Positions 35,380 through 49,082 of a stretch of DNA of 64,000 nt are shown here, in pieces. A program made the position numbers and the translations under genes. Positions within the stretch are counted from its first letter, which is position 1. Each line of letters starts with the position of its first letter. The notes beneath the pieces are model-generated. The model was given only the letters and a program-made list of their open reading frames with translations. It ran no database searches and was not told where the DNA came from. The DNA is from Oikopleura dioica (lineage: Eukaryota > Animalia > Chordata): assembly GCA_907165135.1 (NCBI GenBank), contig OU015568.1, forward strand, positions 5,580,001 through 5,644,000. The letters are read 5' to 3'.

Positions 35380-35590
35380 TTGAGCTCAGCAGCCAGTGTC
35401 CAAAACCTGAGTCAGGGTTCGAAAGAGGTTGGAACTGCTTGTTCTGGCCCTGAGTCAGGTTTTTCACACAAGTTTCTGAGCCCAGCCTACACCAAAATGC
35501 CAATTTTATCGCATTTTAATAATTTTAAAAACCTGAGTCAGGGTCTGAAAAGAGCTTGAAATCGCTTTTTCATGCCCTGACTCAGGTTTA
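35380..35590. mobile_element. Family A MITE units (two tandem)
   Basis: Four CCTGA(G/C)TCAGG cores. Confidence 0.7.
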
Positions 35591-36192
35591 AGACATTAAT
35601 TTCTGAGGTCAGGATGTAGGTTCGTGGAAATTATTTTCTCATAAAAATCGCAGTGATTCGAAATTGCGTGCTTATATGCATCTAAACAGGCGTAGATTAA
35701 TGGTTCGCCGGATCCAGCTGCGAAAAAAGATTCGCCGCGCGAACGAGGGTTAATTTTGTTGGCGAAATATATCCAACGTGGGTCCAAAAAAGTCCTTTTT
35801 CATCACTTTTTTGCGATTTCTAGCGGTCCAAAGATGGCTTTAGAAAGATTCGTCTGAACATCAATTATCTCATTCTGGCATATTTTTAATTGGCCCGATA
35901 ATCGTCGGTTCTTGAGTGAATTTTTGAATTTTGGAGTTTTGGAATGATTTAATAAGCGGCCAGCGGCGTGACGCGCGCGAGACAAGCAGATGATCTCGTT
36001 AATTTCCGTTTGGTTGGATAGCAGTCTTCACGATGTTTGCACAAAGACGCGCTCTTTTTTGGACGCCGTCTTTCTTATTTGATTGCTGGTCCATGGAGAA
36101 TGCATTTTTCGGGGAGAGGGTCTAATGAAAATGAATATTTCTAATTTGATTTTCAAATAGGGCTTTTTATAAGAATCATGGCGTATTTTCGT

Positions 36193-36415
36193 GATGGTGT
36201 CTAAAACTGACAAAAAATCGACAAATTTTGCGTGGGCGGCTACTCGCCTTCTGATTGGCCGGTGCGCCGAATCCAGGCTTCTGATTGGTTGAAGACATGT
36301 CTAGAAGCGACAAAAAAAAATTGATTTTCGGATTCGGCGCACCGGCCAATCAGCAGCCGAGTAGCCGCCCACACAAAATTTGTCGAAATTTTTTGTCCGT
36401 TCCAGACACGTCCCC
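36193..36415. mobile_element. Family B MITE
   Basis: Inverted arms gacaaattttgcgtgggcggctactc / gagtagccgcccacacaaaatttgtc with CCAAT boxes. Confidence 0.75.
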
Positions 36416-38063
36416 GTATATTTTTGCTTCTGAATTGAGCAAATTAAAAGTCCCTATTTTGGCAACAAGGCCAACTCTTCTGATAAATGCTCATCCCTCT
36501 TTTCGAGATAGTTTTCTAATCCCGAGTGTCATTATATTTCTGCCGGCCATTCTAAGGTCAGATTAGGCGCGCTCTAATAGAAGCAAGGTGTCAAAGTGCC
36601 CAGCTTCGAAACCACTTTCTCATTCTTCCTTTTTTTTATCTTCGGCTTTGATGACGCAAAGGACGGGCATTTCTTGCGGCGCGGCGAAATGCGCCAAAAT
36701 GAACCAATTTGTCTTGGTCGACGCGCGCGGCTGCGAAAAAATGCTCAAGAGAGTGGCTAATTATGAGTTTAGCTGCTGAAAATACGTGGATGGTGTCATT
36801 TATTACTCAAGAGAACTTACTGGCCCAGTAATAGTGGGTTTCCTCTTGATTTCATTAAATCAATCATTTTTCAAATTAACGACTCTCAAATTTCAACTCG
36901 TTATTATAACTGATTGCTTAACGCAGACTGCCTAAATATTGATAAATTCGCTTCTAGTCATCAAAAACCGACGGGCGCTCCATTTCAAGAAAAAAATACG
37001 CAACTGGAAACGCGCAAAAAATGACCCGTTCGCGAATATTAAAATCATCACCTCGGAGTTTTTTATTAAAAACGTTAATTTCGCGCGCTCACGAGACTTC
37101 CGAGTATAAATGCGTCTCCATAATTTTGGCCGATCCAGGAGGCTCCAAAAGTTCATAATTGCCGGGGCTTATGAGTTGGTTTTTCTGGTTTTACAAAGTG
37201 TTTGGAGCAGAGCGGTGTTCGAAAATGTCAAAAACAATTGTCATTTGTTTCTCTGCACGGCTGATTCGTAACAAATCGGCTTGACAAATTGTTAACTAGT
37301 GGCGTTTTATTTCGAAGGACGAAGATTTGCGGCCGGATTTTGAGGTTGATTAGCTGGAGTAATTTTGGGGGAGACGATGGTTTAGAATGGGAAAAGGGTT
37401 GAATTTTCAATTGCAAGTTTATTGGAAAAATATCATTTTCTAAAAAACGAACCCTAACTATAAATTTTTTTATTTTTGAAAGGATAATTCTCGCCTTCCC
37501 GCTCAATTGACGCGTTGTTTCGAAAATAATCGGTTTTGGTTGAAGGGTCTGAAGGATCACCGGATTTGGTTTTGACTTGCCGAGTTTAGAAAAGAAGCGC
37601 CTCTCTCTTGAAGGGGGGTGGTTTTTATCATTTTTGTCACCTGGCCCCTTCGCTTTTTTGAAGGATGGTTTTAGATTTTACCTAAGAAAAAAAATTAATG
37701 GCATTTTTCGATGAAGAAAATGCTTACTTGAAAATGCTCTGAATTCTGACTTTTGTCTTATACAAATAACGTCAGAGTAGATATACAAAAGCAGTGGACT
37801 CGTTTAGCTGGATCTGTCACAAAGACTCTTGTAGAAGCCGCTCTTATCAGAAGGCTTGACCGGTCGCGTGGTTCAGGAAACTGTCAGATTTTCGACCAAC
37901 ACGTGTGGCATCTTGTGGTCCGCTCAGTTACTATTTTCTGAAATTGAAGGCTTTGTTGGTTCTGTTTCTTTTCTTCTGTCAACTCGGAAGAAAGTCTTTG
38001 AACTTGAAGCCGTTTTATTTGTTCAAGGACTTCCTTCAAGGTTGAGACTGGCTTCATTAGAGA

Positions 38064-39329
38064 ATGAAGTTTCTGTTTCTTTTTCTTTCAGCCTCATATG
38101 AGGGAAAGATATCCAAGGAAAATGCTAATGTATTTTTGAGGTATGATTTTATGAATATTTATCTGTCAAAAAATTGAAGAACAAAACGAGCGAATACGGA
38201 GGGAGAGTATGAAATCTTCACGAGTGGAAATTTTGAGCGAGAATGCATCGAAGAAGCGTGTGACTCGTACGAGTTTCATGAAGTTTATGATGATCATGTT
38301 GCTTCTGAGATACTACTGGTAAATCGAAGAAGCTTAAAAATGCTGAGATAATTTTTGTAGAAAAAGTATGTTCTTTGCAAAGAATCGATTTTGCGAAAAA
38401 ATGATACCGATGATTTGGTTGACGCTCGTCGGAGCTGTATGAACAGAACTGAACCAATTGAAGTCTGCAGTATTGATTTACAGAAAAAACTCGATGATAA
38501 AGATTCCCAAGTGGAATCATTAAAAGCAAAGCTCAAGACAACAGAAGCAGAAGTTGCGTCTTTTAAAGCGAAGCTTAAAACAGCGGAATCACAAGTTGAA
38601 TCTTACAAAACATACTATGTACCATTATACCGTGACAAACTGATATAATGTCTTTTAAGCCCTATAAAAATCCATGCGCTGAATACGATAATTGCAAAGC
38701 ATTATGGAAGAATTACCCAACGACTCCGAATTTCGGAGTCCGAAAAAGAACAGAAAAATCGGGTATATTCGAGCAAAAATTAATTTTGAGGTCAATCAAC
38801 TCTAATCTCTTCGATTTAATAGACGTTTTAGATATCGATTGACGTTCTTTGCTCTTTTAATTGGGTCGGTAAAAATCACGGAAGCGTTGTAGCAATCACA
38901 TCGACGGGAAGAACAACTTCATTTGGACCTGGCGATAGATACTTTCAGCTTTTTGTTTACTCACCTGGAAAATGGATGCGAATTCATTTAGACAGGACGC
39001 GCAACCAGGAAGTGAGCAAAGATTTTAGTTGCTCTGAGGGAAATTGGTTCAATCTGAAAGTGAATCAGTATCAAAAAGAGAACTTTCCGGGCACAACAGG
39101 TGTTTATTTCTCTCAGATAACAAATATGAATATTATTTGATAATATTCTGATCATTAAGTGACTATTGTCAAATACAACAATCGAGAAATATGGTCTTCT
39201 CAAGTTCCGACAACACAAGTCATAACAGACCGAAATATGGATGTTTATGCCGGTGATAAACTACATCTTGTGGCTGTTCATAATGATTTTAAAAATTTCT
39301 ACTACCGAACTTTTCCTGACAAAGAATAA
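38064..39329 (+). CDS. Vitamin K-dependent Gla-domain secreted protein with a coiled coil and a probable beta-sandwich C-terminal domain
   Basis: Signal MKFLFLFLSAS; propeptide KENANVFLR|TKR-ANT; GNFERECIEEACDSYEFHEVYDD; coiled coil LQKKLDDKD...; downstream exons ...GDRYFQLFV...WFNLKVNQ...DVYAGD...KNFYYRTFPDKE*. The 3' junctions are approximate. Confidence 0.75.
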
Positions 39330-39704
39330 ATCTTTTACAATCACGCAATTCATTCGAAATAATTTTTTCACGTTAAAAAACTCAAAATCACTTCCAGGTG
39401 GCATTTATCGGTAATTGAATTGATAGATCTTCGCTCTGCCGATTCTGGCTTTCCTCGTGGCTTTGGCAGTTTTCGCTACTCGAGCGTCCGTTTGATCACT
39501 CTTGAGCCGGCGTCATTGCGCGAGTGGCTCACGCTCAGTCCGATCTGAGCTAATAATTATTCGACGTGAGTCGAGCACCCCAAAACGGATTTTCTCATAA
39601 CCGGTCCGAAACTCTCATTTCACATTTCATCGGCGCTTGATTGATCCTAATTCAACTACAAATAATTAATGAGCTTCCGAAAATTGTAAAATTAATTAAG
39701 ACGA

Positions 39705-39872
39705 AACGAAATCGAGAAGTCGCTTGCGGCTTCGAGCTTATTAAAGAAGCCGCGCGAAGCGCGGCTATTAAATTCCTTTTTCAAATACTTTCTTCAAGTG
39801 AGAATATAATAGCCGCGCTTCTCGCGGCTTTTTTAATAAGCTCGAAGCCGCAAGCGGCTTATCGATTTAGTT
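39705..39872. repeat. Palindromic hairpin-bearing element related to 6374-6523
   Basis: atcgagaagtcgcttgcggcttcgagctt inverted against aagctcgaagccgcaagcggcttatcgat. Confidence 0.75.
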
Positions 39873-41508
39873 GTTTATAACTTGAATTTTTGTTATCATT
39901 GGAATTTATATAAATGATAAATTAATGAACCTGGTTGCATAAAAAGCCGCAGAGGTCATAATTTATGTTGAATATTCTTCCGCAAATTCGAGCCGTTACG
40001 TTCTAAAAACGATAAATGTCAGCCGACGCTCAATCTACTGGCTCCGCTCGGAAAGCCGATTTCACCCGTCAATGATTTCTGAATAATTTGTGGTCGCCGG
40101 TTTCGTGTTTCCAAAACGTTTTTGCGCAAAAAAGACAATTTTCGCGGCTAGTTACTTTGTAATTTCTTTTTGCATATTCAAAAGTCGAAAATGCTGAATT
40201 TAAAATCCAAGAAATCGACCCCAGTTTTAATTTTTTGTTGCGACTTTTGGTCGGCTTATTCATCTTGCAGTTGTTGTCCAGTCTGGCAGCAGGTGCCTCG
40301 TTTTATTTTCGCTCGGGATCGAGAAAATTCACAAGTGCTGTGACACGTGATCGCTCAAATTATTCTGTTCTCTGGAATATTTAGAAACAGAAGACTGTTC
40401 GACTTAATTTGATGCTCCTCCATCATCGTTACAATTTTGATCGATTAAAAGTCTTTTTTAATGAATTTTCTTGATTGTTTCTGAAGAAAAAAAGTTTTTA
40501 ACCCGTCTTAGAATTTGACCAAAATTTTGGTCAATTCTTAATATTCTGAAAGCTTATTTTTATTATTCATTGTTCTCGATTTTTAGCTTCAAAAATTGCT
40601 TTCTAAGCCATTTTTTGGAAAAAAATTGCTTTCTACCCATTTTGAAGCTTTACCAAAAAATTGGTCAAAAGTTCAAAATCTCCAAAAACGAATTAAATAC
40701 GACAAAAACGCTCAAGAAAGCTTATCTTCTGAAAATGGAGCATGTTTTGGTTAAGACGCGTTAAAACTTGTTTGGATTATGTTTATCGTTTATTTTTCTA
40801 GTGGCGTCCTCAAGTCGTAAGCCAACACCTCTTAGGTAACAATAAATGTCGCGGCGATAAGCGATAAAACGAGAAATTGTCAGAACAGGTTCCGAACAAG
40901 TCTAGCGGAATGCATACCAATCCTGATAATCGCAGAAATGAACCGCCCAGATGCACTCACGTTCCTTCCGAGAATGTTTCTAGAGCCCCTCATTTTACAG
41001 ATTCCGCGACTGAAATAAAATCTTTAGAGTAAAGGCTGATATTTGCCCTATAAAAATATATGGTATCATCCATGTTTAAAATAATGATCTTTTTCTATTT
41101 TGATATTTAATCGAAAAAACGCCACTAGAAATTAACACACACGTTGGCTTTTGTTACTATCGTTGAACCGCGGAATATGCGCCGAACGTTATTCTCGGAT
41201 CATATCTTCCCTTATCAATTTCTTTTGCCACTGCGGCTCCGCGTCAATTCTCTTATCGCTTCATTATTACAGTAGCACTACTTCTATTAGAAAAAAACTC
41301 CAAAACGTGAGTTTCGAGTCGAAACCTTCCACTCTGGAAGTCGAAAAAGTCGAAAACTAAGGGCGATATAAAGAGGCGAACTAATTGCGTCTTCCCAAGT
41401 CAATCCAACGAGCCAAAAAAGAGCTTGTTTTTTGGACAAATTGCTCTTGTTTTCGCTTTTTTCTACGTAAGAAAATTTCCTTGCTTACGATTTTTGATGA
41501 TGTCGAAA

Positions 41509-41804
41509 CTGGGCTCGGGGTCCTGTGTTAAAAACCTGAGTCAGGGTTCGAAAAAACAATTTTTGGAAATTTTTGCGGTTCTTTAATAGAAAAAACGCTA
41601 TGCGGCTTTTCGCATTATCTCTTTCAGAACCCTGACTGAGTCAGGCTGACTCAGGTTTTCGAGCGGCTTTTTCAATAACATAGCCGCAAAAATTTACCTT
41701 TTTTTTCAAATTTTTGCAGCTTCATTGAAAAAAACCACTGTGCGGCTTTTCATTTGCTCTCTTAGACCCTGACCCAGGTTTTCTACACAGGTTTTCAAGC
41801 CAAG
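41509..41804. mobile_element. Degenerate family A MITE
   Basis: 5' ctgggctcgg, several TIR cores, decayed hairpins. Confidence 0.65.
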
Positions 41805-41922
41805 TCTTGGTCAAGTTGATTTTTGTAAAATATTTATTTTGAAACTCGCCGAAAATTCGCAGAAACGTGCATGACGGCTTTTGGGTCAGCGGGCTTAACC
41901 CTCGCTCGTCAGTGGGGCTTTT

Positions 41923-42201
41923 CTAGGGATTCTTCTGTCTTTTCTGAATCGAGTCAATTATGTGGGGCGGATAGTAGAGTTCTTCAATGTCGACATTAGC
42001 AAAGCCGTAACCATCTGCCTCCACGTGATCAAGCTAAATAAAGCGTGTTGACTCAGCTTTTCTCGATAGGGTTGAAAAAAATACCTGATAAGAAATTTCG
42101 TCGTTTTGGTCGGCTTCGAGGGATGGTCGATCGGTGAGGACCTTTTTAATTGCCGCTGTTACACGTGCTTTTTTCTTTTTCTCTTCTTCGGAATTATTCA
42201 T
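41923..42201 (-). CDS. Possible small 2-exon protein, unknown function
   Basis: MNNSEEEKKKKARV...EISYQ|LDHVEADGYGFANVDIEELYYPPHII...* joins through a GT-AG intron in frame. Confidence 0.35.
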
Positions 42202-44480
42202 TTCGTGAAAGATAAAGAATGAACCGGAAATGAAATGATCTTCGAGCCCAAAAATTAAAAAATATTTTTTTGGGAAATGATGCTCATTTATAACTAAGTG
42301 GAAAAAAGTGAAAAAACTCATGTCGTCTGATCAGTACTTCTTTGATTTCCGAGCTTGTAATGATGCAATACTCGAAATGTTTTCGCGTTAACGCAAACTT
42401 ACTCCTTTAGTGGATCACTCAAAATATTTTACTTATCGCTTTCCAGACCCGAAAATCACGTTTGCGCCGCGAAAATGGACATTTTCGACTTTCGCGAATA
42501 AACATCTTTTTTTTTTTCTAAAATTTTAATAATCGAAAACGCGCGAATTTGCATCTGAAAGAAGAGAAAAAAGAAGGCGGGGTTCGACTCTTATCGAAAA
42601 TATTCGGAGACATTTTCGTTCAAATAATTGAACTTAAATGGCTAATTAAAGCGAATGCTTGAAGTGTTTTTAGACACCTAGTTGACTTTTACGAGGAAAA
42701 TTTCGAACACGAATGGAAAATATCAGCTTCAAAGATTTTTCAGAAGCCATTCTGTTTTTACTCAGATAATGGCTTTGGTTCAGTCAGGGCGATCTATCTA
42801 CAGTGGGTCAATTTATAAGATGGGCATCCTTAATCTTTGTTTTCAAAAAGTAAAAATAACAAAGTGATACCCTTATTTCAGTATTTGCCTTTTTATTTCA
42901 AAGAATTTCATATTTTTCTGCAAAAATAATGCTTTGTTTGTTTTTCTCGAAAACTGCATTTTTGAAGTCCTTCCAGCTTCTTGTTCTTTGTCACCATTTT
43001 CGACATTCTAATTCGCGTGAGCAGAGCGCGTCGCCTTAGCCACTCAAAATTCGCGGCAGCGCCGTGCATAAGAAACCAAAAGCCATTTATTTGAAAGCAT
43101 TTGCATTGAAAGCAACTTCAAACTTCAGTTTCTAAAAATTTCAAAAAAATCGACTCTTTTTTTTGAGAAAAAAGCACTTTTGGATGTCTTCAGATTTTGA
43201 CTCGAAGACTTGGGGAAATTTGGCGATTTGAGATTTTAATTTTCACACTGTGAAATTTGGTGCTTAGGGTGGTACTTAGAGTTAAGTTGAGAGCAGAAGG
43301 ATTTGGGAGAGGTTGGATTGCGACTTCGTGAGAATGGAAAACACGAGAAAATGCAGCTTTTTCTCGAAAATCTCAAAAAAGGATAAAAAAACCTAGTTTT
43401 CTTTTGAGGATTTGAAATAAGGGTGTCACTATGTTAATTTCCACGAAATTTTTTGGCGTCTAATAAATGGTTTGAACCTTCTCTTTGTCAAATCAAGTAA
43501 GGGTATCACTATGCTTATTTATATATCCGAATTCTCCATTAAGGAAGTGAGCCCCTTAAGCGGCATTTTATCCGATAAAATGGTGGAACCCATTGAATCC
43601 CTTCAAAAGAGTGGAAAAAAATTTTCCGTGGAAATTCATTTTTCAAGCCCTTAATTTGCTCCATCCGTGGATTATGCATCAAACAAGCTCTTTCTCCAGC
43701 CCCGAATTTTTTATTCATCACTTTGACATCCGAAGAAAAAGGCGAATGGTTGGTGAAAACATGGTCTAAATTTAGCAGCGCTTTTCGATTGAAAGTTTGA
43801 AATTCTGATTTTGCGGTGGCTTTTGTTTTTGAAAATGTTATGTTACAATTAGTTTGTTTAATGTTATAAAATCGGGACTGGCGGCTGCTGGAAACATTGA
43901 ATTTTCGCTTGTTGATTGTTTTAAACAAATTGTTTCGAAATTCTTATCATTGAAAAAACACGGCAAATGTTCTACAATTCAACATCGAAAAGCCCTCTAA
44001 CGCGGTTTCTCCTGAATTCGAATTTATTTTCCGCATAAATGAAGGGCATCCCATCCTGTATTATTAAAAACGTGGCTGGCAGGGAAACGATAGCCCGCTG
44101 CGAGCTGTTTTGAAATGATAAGAGTGCTTTGTATTTTTTCTAGAGCGCCTTATCGCTGCAATTATTTCTCTCAGGCAAAGGGGCTAATTTGATGGAACCT
44201 CTTTCATTTGACTTTTTCAGTAGTTAAGTTGAATCATGAATCGGATTTTTGTTGACTTGAAAAAGATAATGCAATGACACCCTTATTTTGCTTCATCAAT
44301 CGAAAGTTCAAACCCTTTTTCTGATGCCCTAAGGGCTGAAATTGCTAATATTGAAATTTTATGCAAGGTTTTAATTCAAAATAAATTTTAAAACGAAAAA
44401 TAAGGGTTTCGCAATGATAAATTTTTTAAGAAAAATAAAAAGAAGTCTCTTAGAATCGATTTCATTCTTAAGGGGAGGTG

Positions 44481-45014
44481 CAGAGTTGCAAATTTTGCTT
44501 TATTTTAACTGAGCTGAGCTGAGCTGAGCTGAGTGAGTAATTCTCTGAGCTGATAAAGCTGAGCTGAGCTGGCCTATTTCGGAGCTCACTGAGCTGAGCT
44601 GAGCTGAGCTGGCCATTTTCAGAGGTCATTGAGCTGAGCTGAGCTGAGCAGACCTATTTTTAAGGTAGTTGAGCTGAGCTGATCTGAGCAGACCCAAATT
44701 AGAGCTGAGCTGAGCTGAGTGAGCTGATTTGAGCTATTTTTTACTGTTTTTTAGTAGTGAAATTGTGTTAAAAACATTGAGCTGAGCTGAGCTGAGCTGA
44801 ATGATACTTGTCTGAGCTGAGCTGAGCTGAGCAGAACAGATGATGCTCGAGAATAATTGAGCTGAGCTTAGCTGAGCTGAGCGATTATTGTCTGAGCTGA
44901 GCTGAGCTGAGCAGATAAATTCATTTTCGAAAATCAGTGAGCTGAGCTGAGCTGAGTGACTGCTCAGCTCACTCAGCCAGCTCAGCTCACTCAGCTCAGC
45001 AAATTTGCAACTCT
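44481..45014. mobile_element. MITE with (GAGCT)n array and CAGAGTTGCAAA TIR
   Basis: agagttgcaaattt at 44482 is inverted at 45001-45014; dozens of GAGCT units flip orientation near the right end; TSD imperfect. Confidence 0.8.
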
Positions 45015-45022
45015 CCTCCCGG

Positions 45023-45178
45023 AGGTGTCTTGAACCGACAAAAATTTCGACAGAATTTGCGTGGAAATTTTAAACCAATCAGAAGCCTGGATTCGCCAAA
45101 CCGACCAATCACCAGCCGAGTAGCCGCCCACGCAAAATTTGTCGTAATTTTTTTTGTCGGTTCCAGACACCATCCCAT
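45023..45178. mobile_element. Family B MITE
   Basis: ggtgtcttgaaccgacaaaaatttcgac ... gtcggttccagacacc. Confidence 0.8.
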
Positions 45179-45574
45179 TTTTAACCCCTTTTTTCTTCGA
45201 AAAATCGAGTGGCGATTTGGCACCCATTGATTTCCTGTAAGTTCAACCGGCGTTCCCATCAAAATTAGCGTCATTTGATTTCCCGTACTGAAACGTGCCC
45301 GCTGCGGAATGCTAGAATGGCCATTGCATGTCCGCTGCGGAGACAGTTGCGCCTTTTTTCGCGCCGCTTTCCGCAGTTTTAATGTTTCCCTGACGCCAAT
45401 TTAGAAATAGCTCTAAGAGTCCAAGTGGCGCAGAAACCGCACAAGTAGAATCTGCGTTGAGAGTATCAAACCAAGAAATGTTCGATTACTGACCCGAGAA
45501 GGCGAAAAGTGAAGACGAAATTTCGCGGAATTTTAATCATTTGGAAAGGCAAGGACAAGTTTAATGAAAATTAC

Positions 45575-46093
45575 TAGAGTCAGCAACCTGTGTAGAAAAC
45601 CTGAGTCAGGGTCTGAAAGCAATACTGAAGATTTGTCAGACCCTGACTCAGGTTTTTCACACAGGTTGCCGAAGCTAGCTGAAAAAAACGATTTTCCGGA
45701 AAACCTGAGTCAGGGTCTGAAAAATCTTCAGTATCATTTTCCAGACCCTGACTCAGGTTTTCTTCTCAGCTTGTTGAGCCAAGGAAAATTCACCGTATCA
45801 AAAAAAATATTTTCGCCGAAGCATAAATAATCGAGGATTTACCGTGTCAAAGAAGTGTTTTCTTGAGGGATGATCTTTTAAGCCAACTATCAAACACGTT
45901 AGCGCAGATAGTCAAACAATCCCTCTTGCCCCAACAAACAACGTTTTCGCTGAAAAACCGTATCTCAAAAAGAATTTTAAAAATCTTATTCTGATTCATC
46001 TGGGCTCGGAAACATTTGAAGAAAACCTGAGTCAGGGTCTGAGAGATCTTCCAAAACCTGACTCAGGTTTTCTACACAGGTTTCCGAGCCGAG
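45575..46093. mobile_element. Three family A MITE units (45575-45783 and 46000-46093)
   Basis: Six CCTGA(G/C)TCAGG cores with GGTTGCCGA / CTGGGCTCGG ends. Confidence 0.7.
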
Positions 46094-47423
46094 ATTCGTG
46101 ATTTATGAAAATGCCATCACTCGCCATAATTCCTGTCAATTTGGAAAAAGAAAAAACTCGTGAATCTAAGTTTCCCAAGCTTTCCAAACGAATCATGGCG
46201 AAAATTGACTTGCGAGTAGTTGTTTTGCGGTTTTCGCTAAAGTCACAAAACGTGGACAGAAGCCAACTTATGACTTGATTTCGAACTACTGTCGTTTGGA
46301 AGGGAAAGAATATTTATGTCGTCGGGGAAATAATGACGTGGTTAAGGTTCTTTGACTCTTCAGAAAGTGGAGTCCGAAAGGAGGAGGCTCTTTTGCCGAA
46401 CTCTCGAAAAGTGACGTTGGATCAAGAGACCATTACGACTTTCATGTTTTTCGCAAAATTTAAGGCGCTTTTTAATCGCGATTCAAATATCAACCAAATC
46501 GAAAAGGTGCTGTAATAGATAAAAATCGAAATTTTGCGCCAATCAAAATCCAGTTATTCGTCTATCAGCCAATCAAAAGCTCAAATTTCAAAATTTTATC
46601 AAAATTTATTGTCGAACTAAAAATTTCAGTACAAGTGAAAAGAAAACCAAATTTTTTTAATGAGCCAATCAGCATCCTGAAATTATTTTTTTGATTCATC
46701 AAATTATAAAGTCTTTAGTTTTGATCCACATTTTCTTTTTTTTTTGACGCAAAAATCCTCAGAAATGCGGAAAAAAGAGCCATTTTTGACGAAATAAGAG
46801 GGTATACCCTTAAATATTTTCCGAGCCGGAAAGAGGTTCCCTTGAATTCGCAAATTCATTCATTTCAAATTCACTTGAGAAAAGTCTAATTTTTAACGAC
46901 TATTTTCGAATTGAGCGTAATTGTATATTATCAATCCGGCTTGGTATTCAGTTACACAGGTTCTTTTGCGGTTCTCGAGGTTTCTCAAGGGCCAAATAAT
47001 AATCAACCCTTTTTTCGATTAATTTGAAAAAGAAGCAATAATTTATTTTGGACAGCGAAATCACGTGAGCGAAACAGGCTTATCTCGAGATTAAGATTTT
47101 TATCTCTGCAGTAGGGAGGAAAATCCTCGGCACTGACTTAACTTTATCTCGAGTGCGAATTTTGGTTGGTCGGAAGGACCTCTCATCGCGCCGAGGGGAG
47201 TGCTGATAACACGTTTTAAAAAGCGCAGCGGGAGATTGAACGGAAATTTCAGCGGTTTCCAAACAACAGCAAAAGAGGGAAAAAAACGGTATCTCTTCGC
47301 TCGACTCATTTTTCTGAATGAATAGAATTTGCTGGCAAAGAGTAAACAATTCGATTACTCTTCTTGTTAATAGTTAACCCTTCCCTCTGGCTTTTCTTAC
47401 CTTAAAAATTGAAGAAATCGACC

Positions 47424-47840
47424 ATGAGAGCCGACGAAAGCGATATTTCAGAGAGTACTCTTGGCGACTATAGAAATGATCCAACTTTGCAGGAAAGCCC
47501 GTCGACAGATGCAGCATTTCTTCATAGACTCATGGAACAGATGAATCAAATGAACATAAAGATTAGAAAGCTAGAAGAGGATAAAAGAGCAGAGCAACCG
47601 GAGCATCGCCTTGTTTCAAAGAAACGAGAAGACAAAATCGAGGAATTAGAAAAAAATCTGGCGAAAACAAAAGAGGAGAAAAAGTTGCAAGAATTTAGAT
47701 TCAAAAGAGAAATTGAACGATTAACAGTTGAAAACGAAACCTTAAAAAAACTTTTCAAGATTGACGAAAACAATGGGCGTGTGCAAGAATACAAACGTGT
47801 GCAAAAATACCAAGACTTAATAAAGTATAGCTATAGATAA
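47424..47840 (+). CDS. Possible coiled-coil protein or fragment
   Basis: Open for ~138 codons, E/K-rich heptads; no recognisable homology. Confidence 0.35.
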   Translation: MRADESDISESTLGDYRNDPTLQESPSTDAAFLHRLMEQMNQMNIKIRKLEEDKRAEQPEHRLVSKKREDKIEELEKNLAKTKEEKKLQEFRFKREIERLTVENETLKKLFKIDENNGRVQEYKRVQKYQDLIKYSYR

Positions 47841-49082
47841 GAAAAAGATAAAGAACACGAACTTATCATACTGTAAGATTCATACATTTCCTGAAAAAAT
47901 CCAATAAGAAACGTGATGATTCGTGATTTTTTAATAAAAGTGACTTGATTAATTAATTAACAATGATGTTTCAAAAATATTTATTCTCTCTAAAAAAAGG
48001 TCATCAAAAAGCACATGGTCTTTTCACTTCAGAAAACAATTTCTATAATTTGCTTTGATACATATAAAGAATAATTTGTTTAATCATTTTCATTCAAAGC
48101 ATTTTCAAAAACAAGTTGCCTCACTCCGAAGCATCTAACCAGCGTTAAAATCTCCCAAGATCCCCGCCTTGGTATGTTCCACGCATGCTTCTAGCCTCTT
48201 TCTATCGCAGAAAAGGAAATCGTACCGAATCGGCTTAGGCGCTGCCGCGTAAGTAGTATACAAACGATCAGGCCGCAGAATCTGAAATGGCAGGAGTCGC
48301 CTAGTGGGTGAGCACCAAAACACCAAAATACTTGTGGCTTTCCAACAGCAGCAGGAATTCCGCGCCAGACTTATTGAAATGACCACATGCAGGTTCATCT
48401 AAAAATATCGATGATCAAGCAGAAAAAAACGAAGAAGAAAAAATTCAAAAAGCAAAAAAATTGCAACACACGTTATAAAATGCTCGTTTACGGCGAAACT
48501 CGGGGTCCTCCAATATCTAGAATGACTTAATGCTTGGCTCTGAACCGGCAATTTCGCGGCGAAATCGTTTTTCATATTTTTGGGAAAATCAATCGTTGAG
48601 CGCGAAAGATGATCCAAGTGCTTGATACAACGTCAGCAAGAATCAAAAAAGATAATCTGACAAAAAGGAGGGGGAAAAGGTGTGACGGATTTTCGGGTTT
48701 TTCGGTGAGCTCAAATGACAAATCAAAGGTTTCGATCTTTCATGAGTTTTCATGATTTTGAAAATTCGAAGAATTCGCGTCTACAAAAGCAAAAAAGAAA
48801 GAACGAGTCGTTTAGCATAACTGTCATTCGATTTGTTTCGGTTTTGTCGAATTCCAGAGTTAGAGGACACTCTGGCGGGCGATAATGGGAGCTGTAAAAG
48901 TAGAAGGAAGAATGCGCGGACAGAGCACCTCCAGCTGGAAAAATTGCTTTGATTCCGCAAAGAAAACAACGTGCTCTAATTCGGCAGAATTAAGGACAAC
49001 CGTTTTTGATAAGCAATTTTAGGAAAGTCGAGATTTCTGCTTTATTTTAAACCTTTTTCTCGAAAAAGACGAATTTTGAAAT

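Noticed and set aside
46190-46515. Possible Cys-containing coding fragment
   Set aside because: It contains in-frame stops and has no recognisable domain; too weak to annotate.
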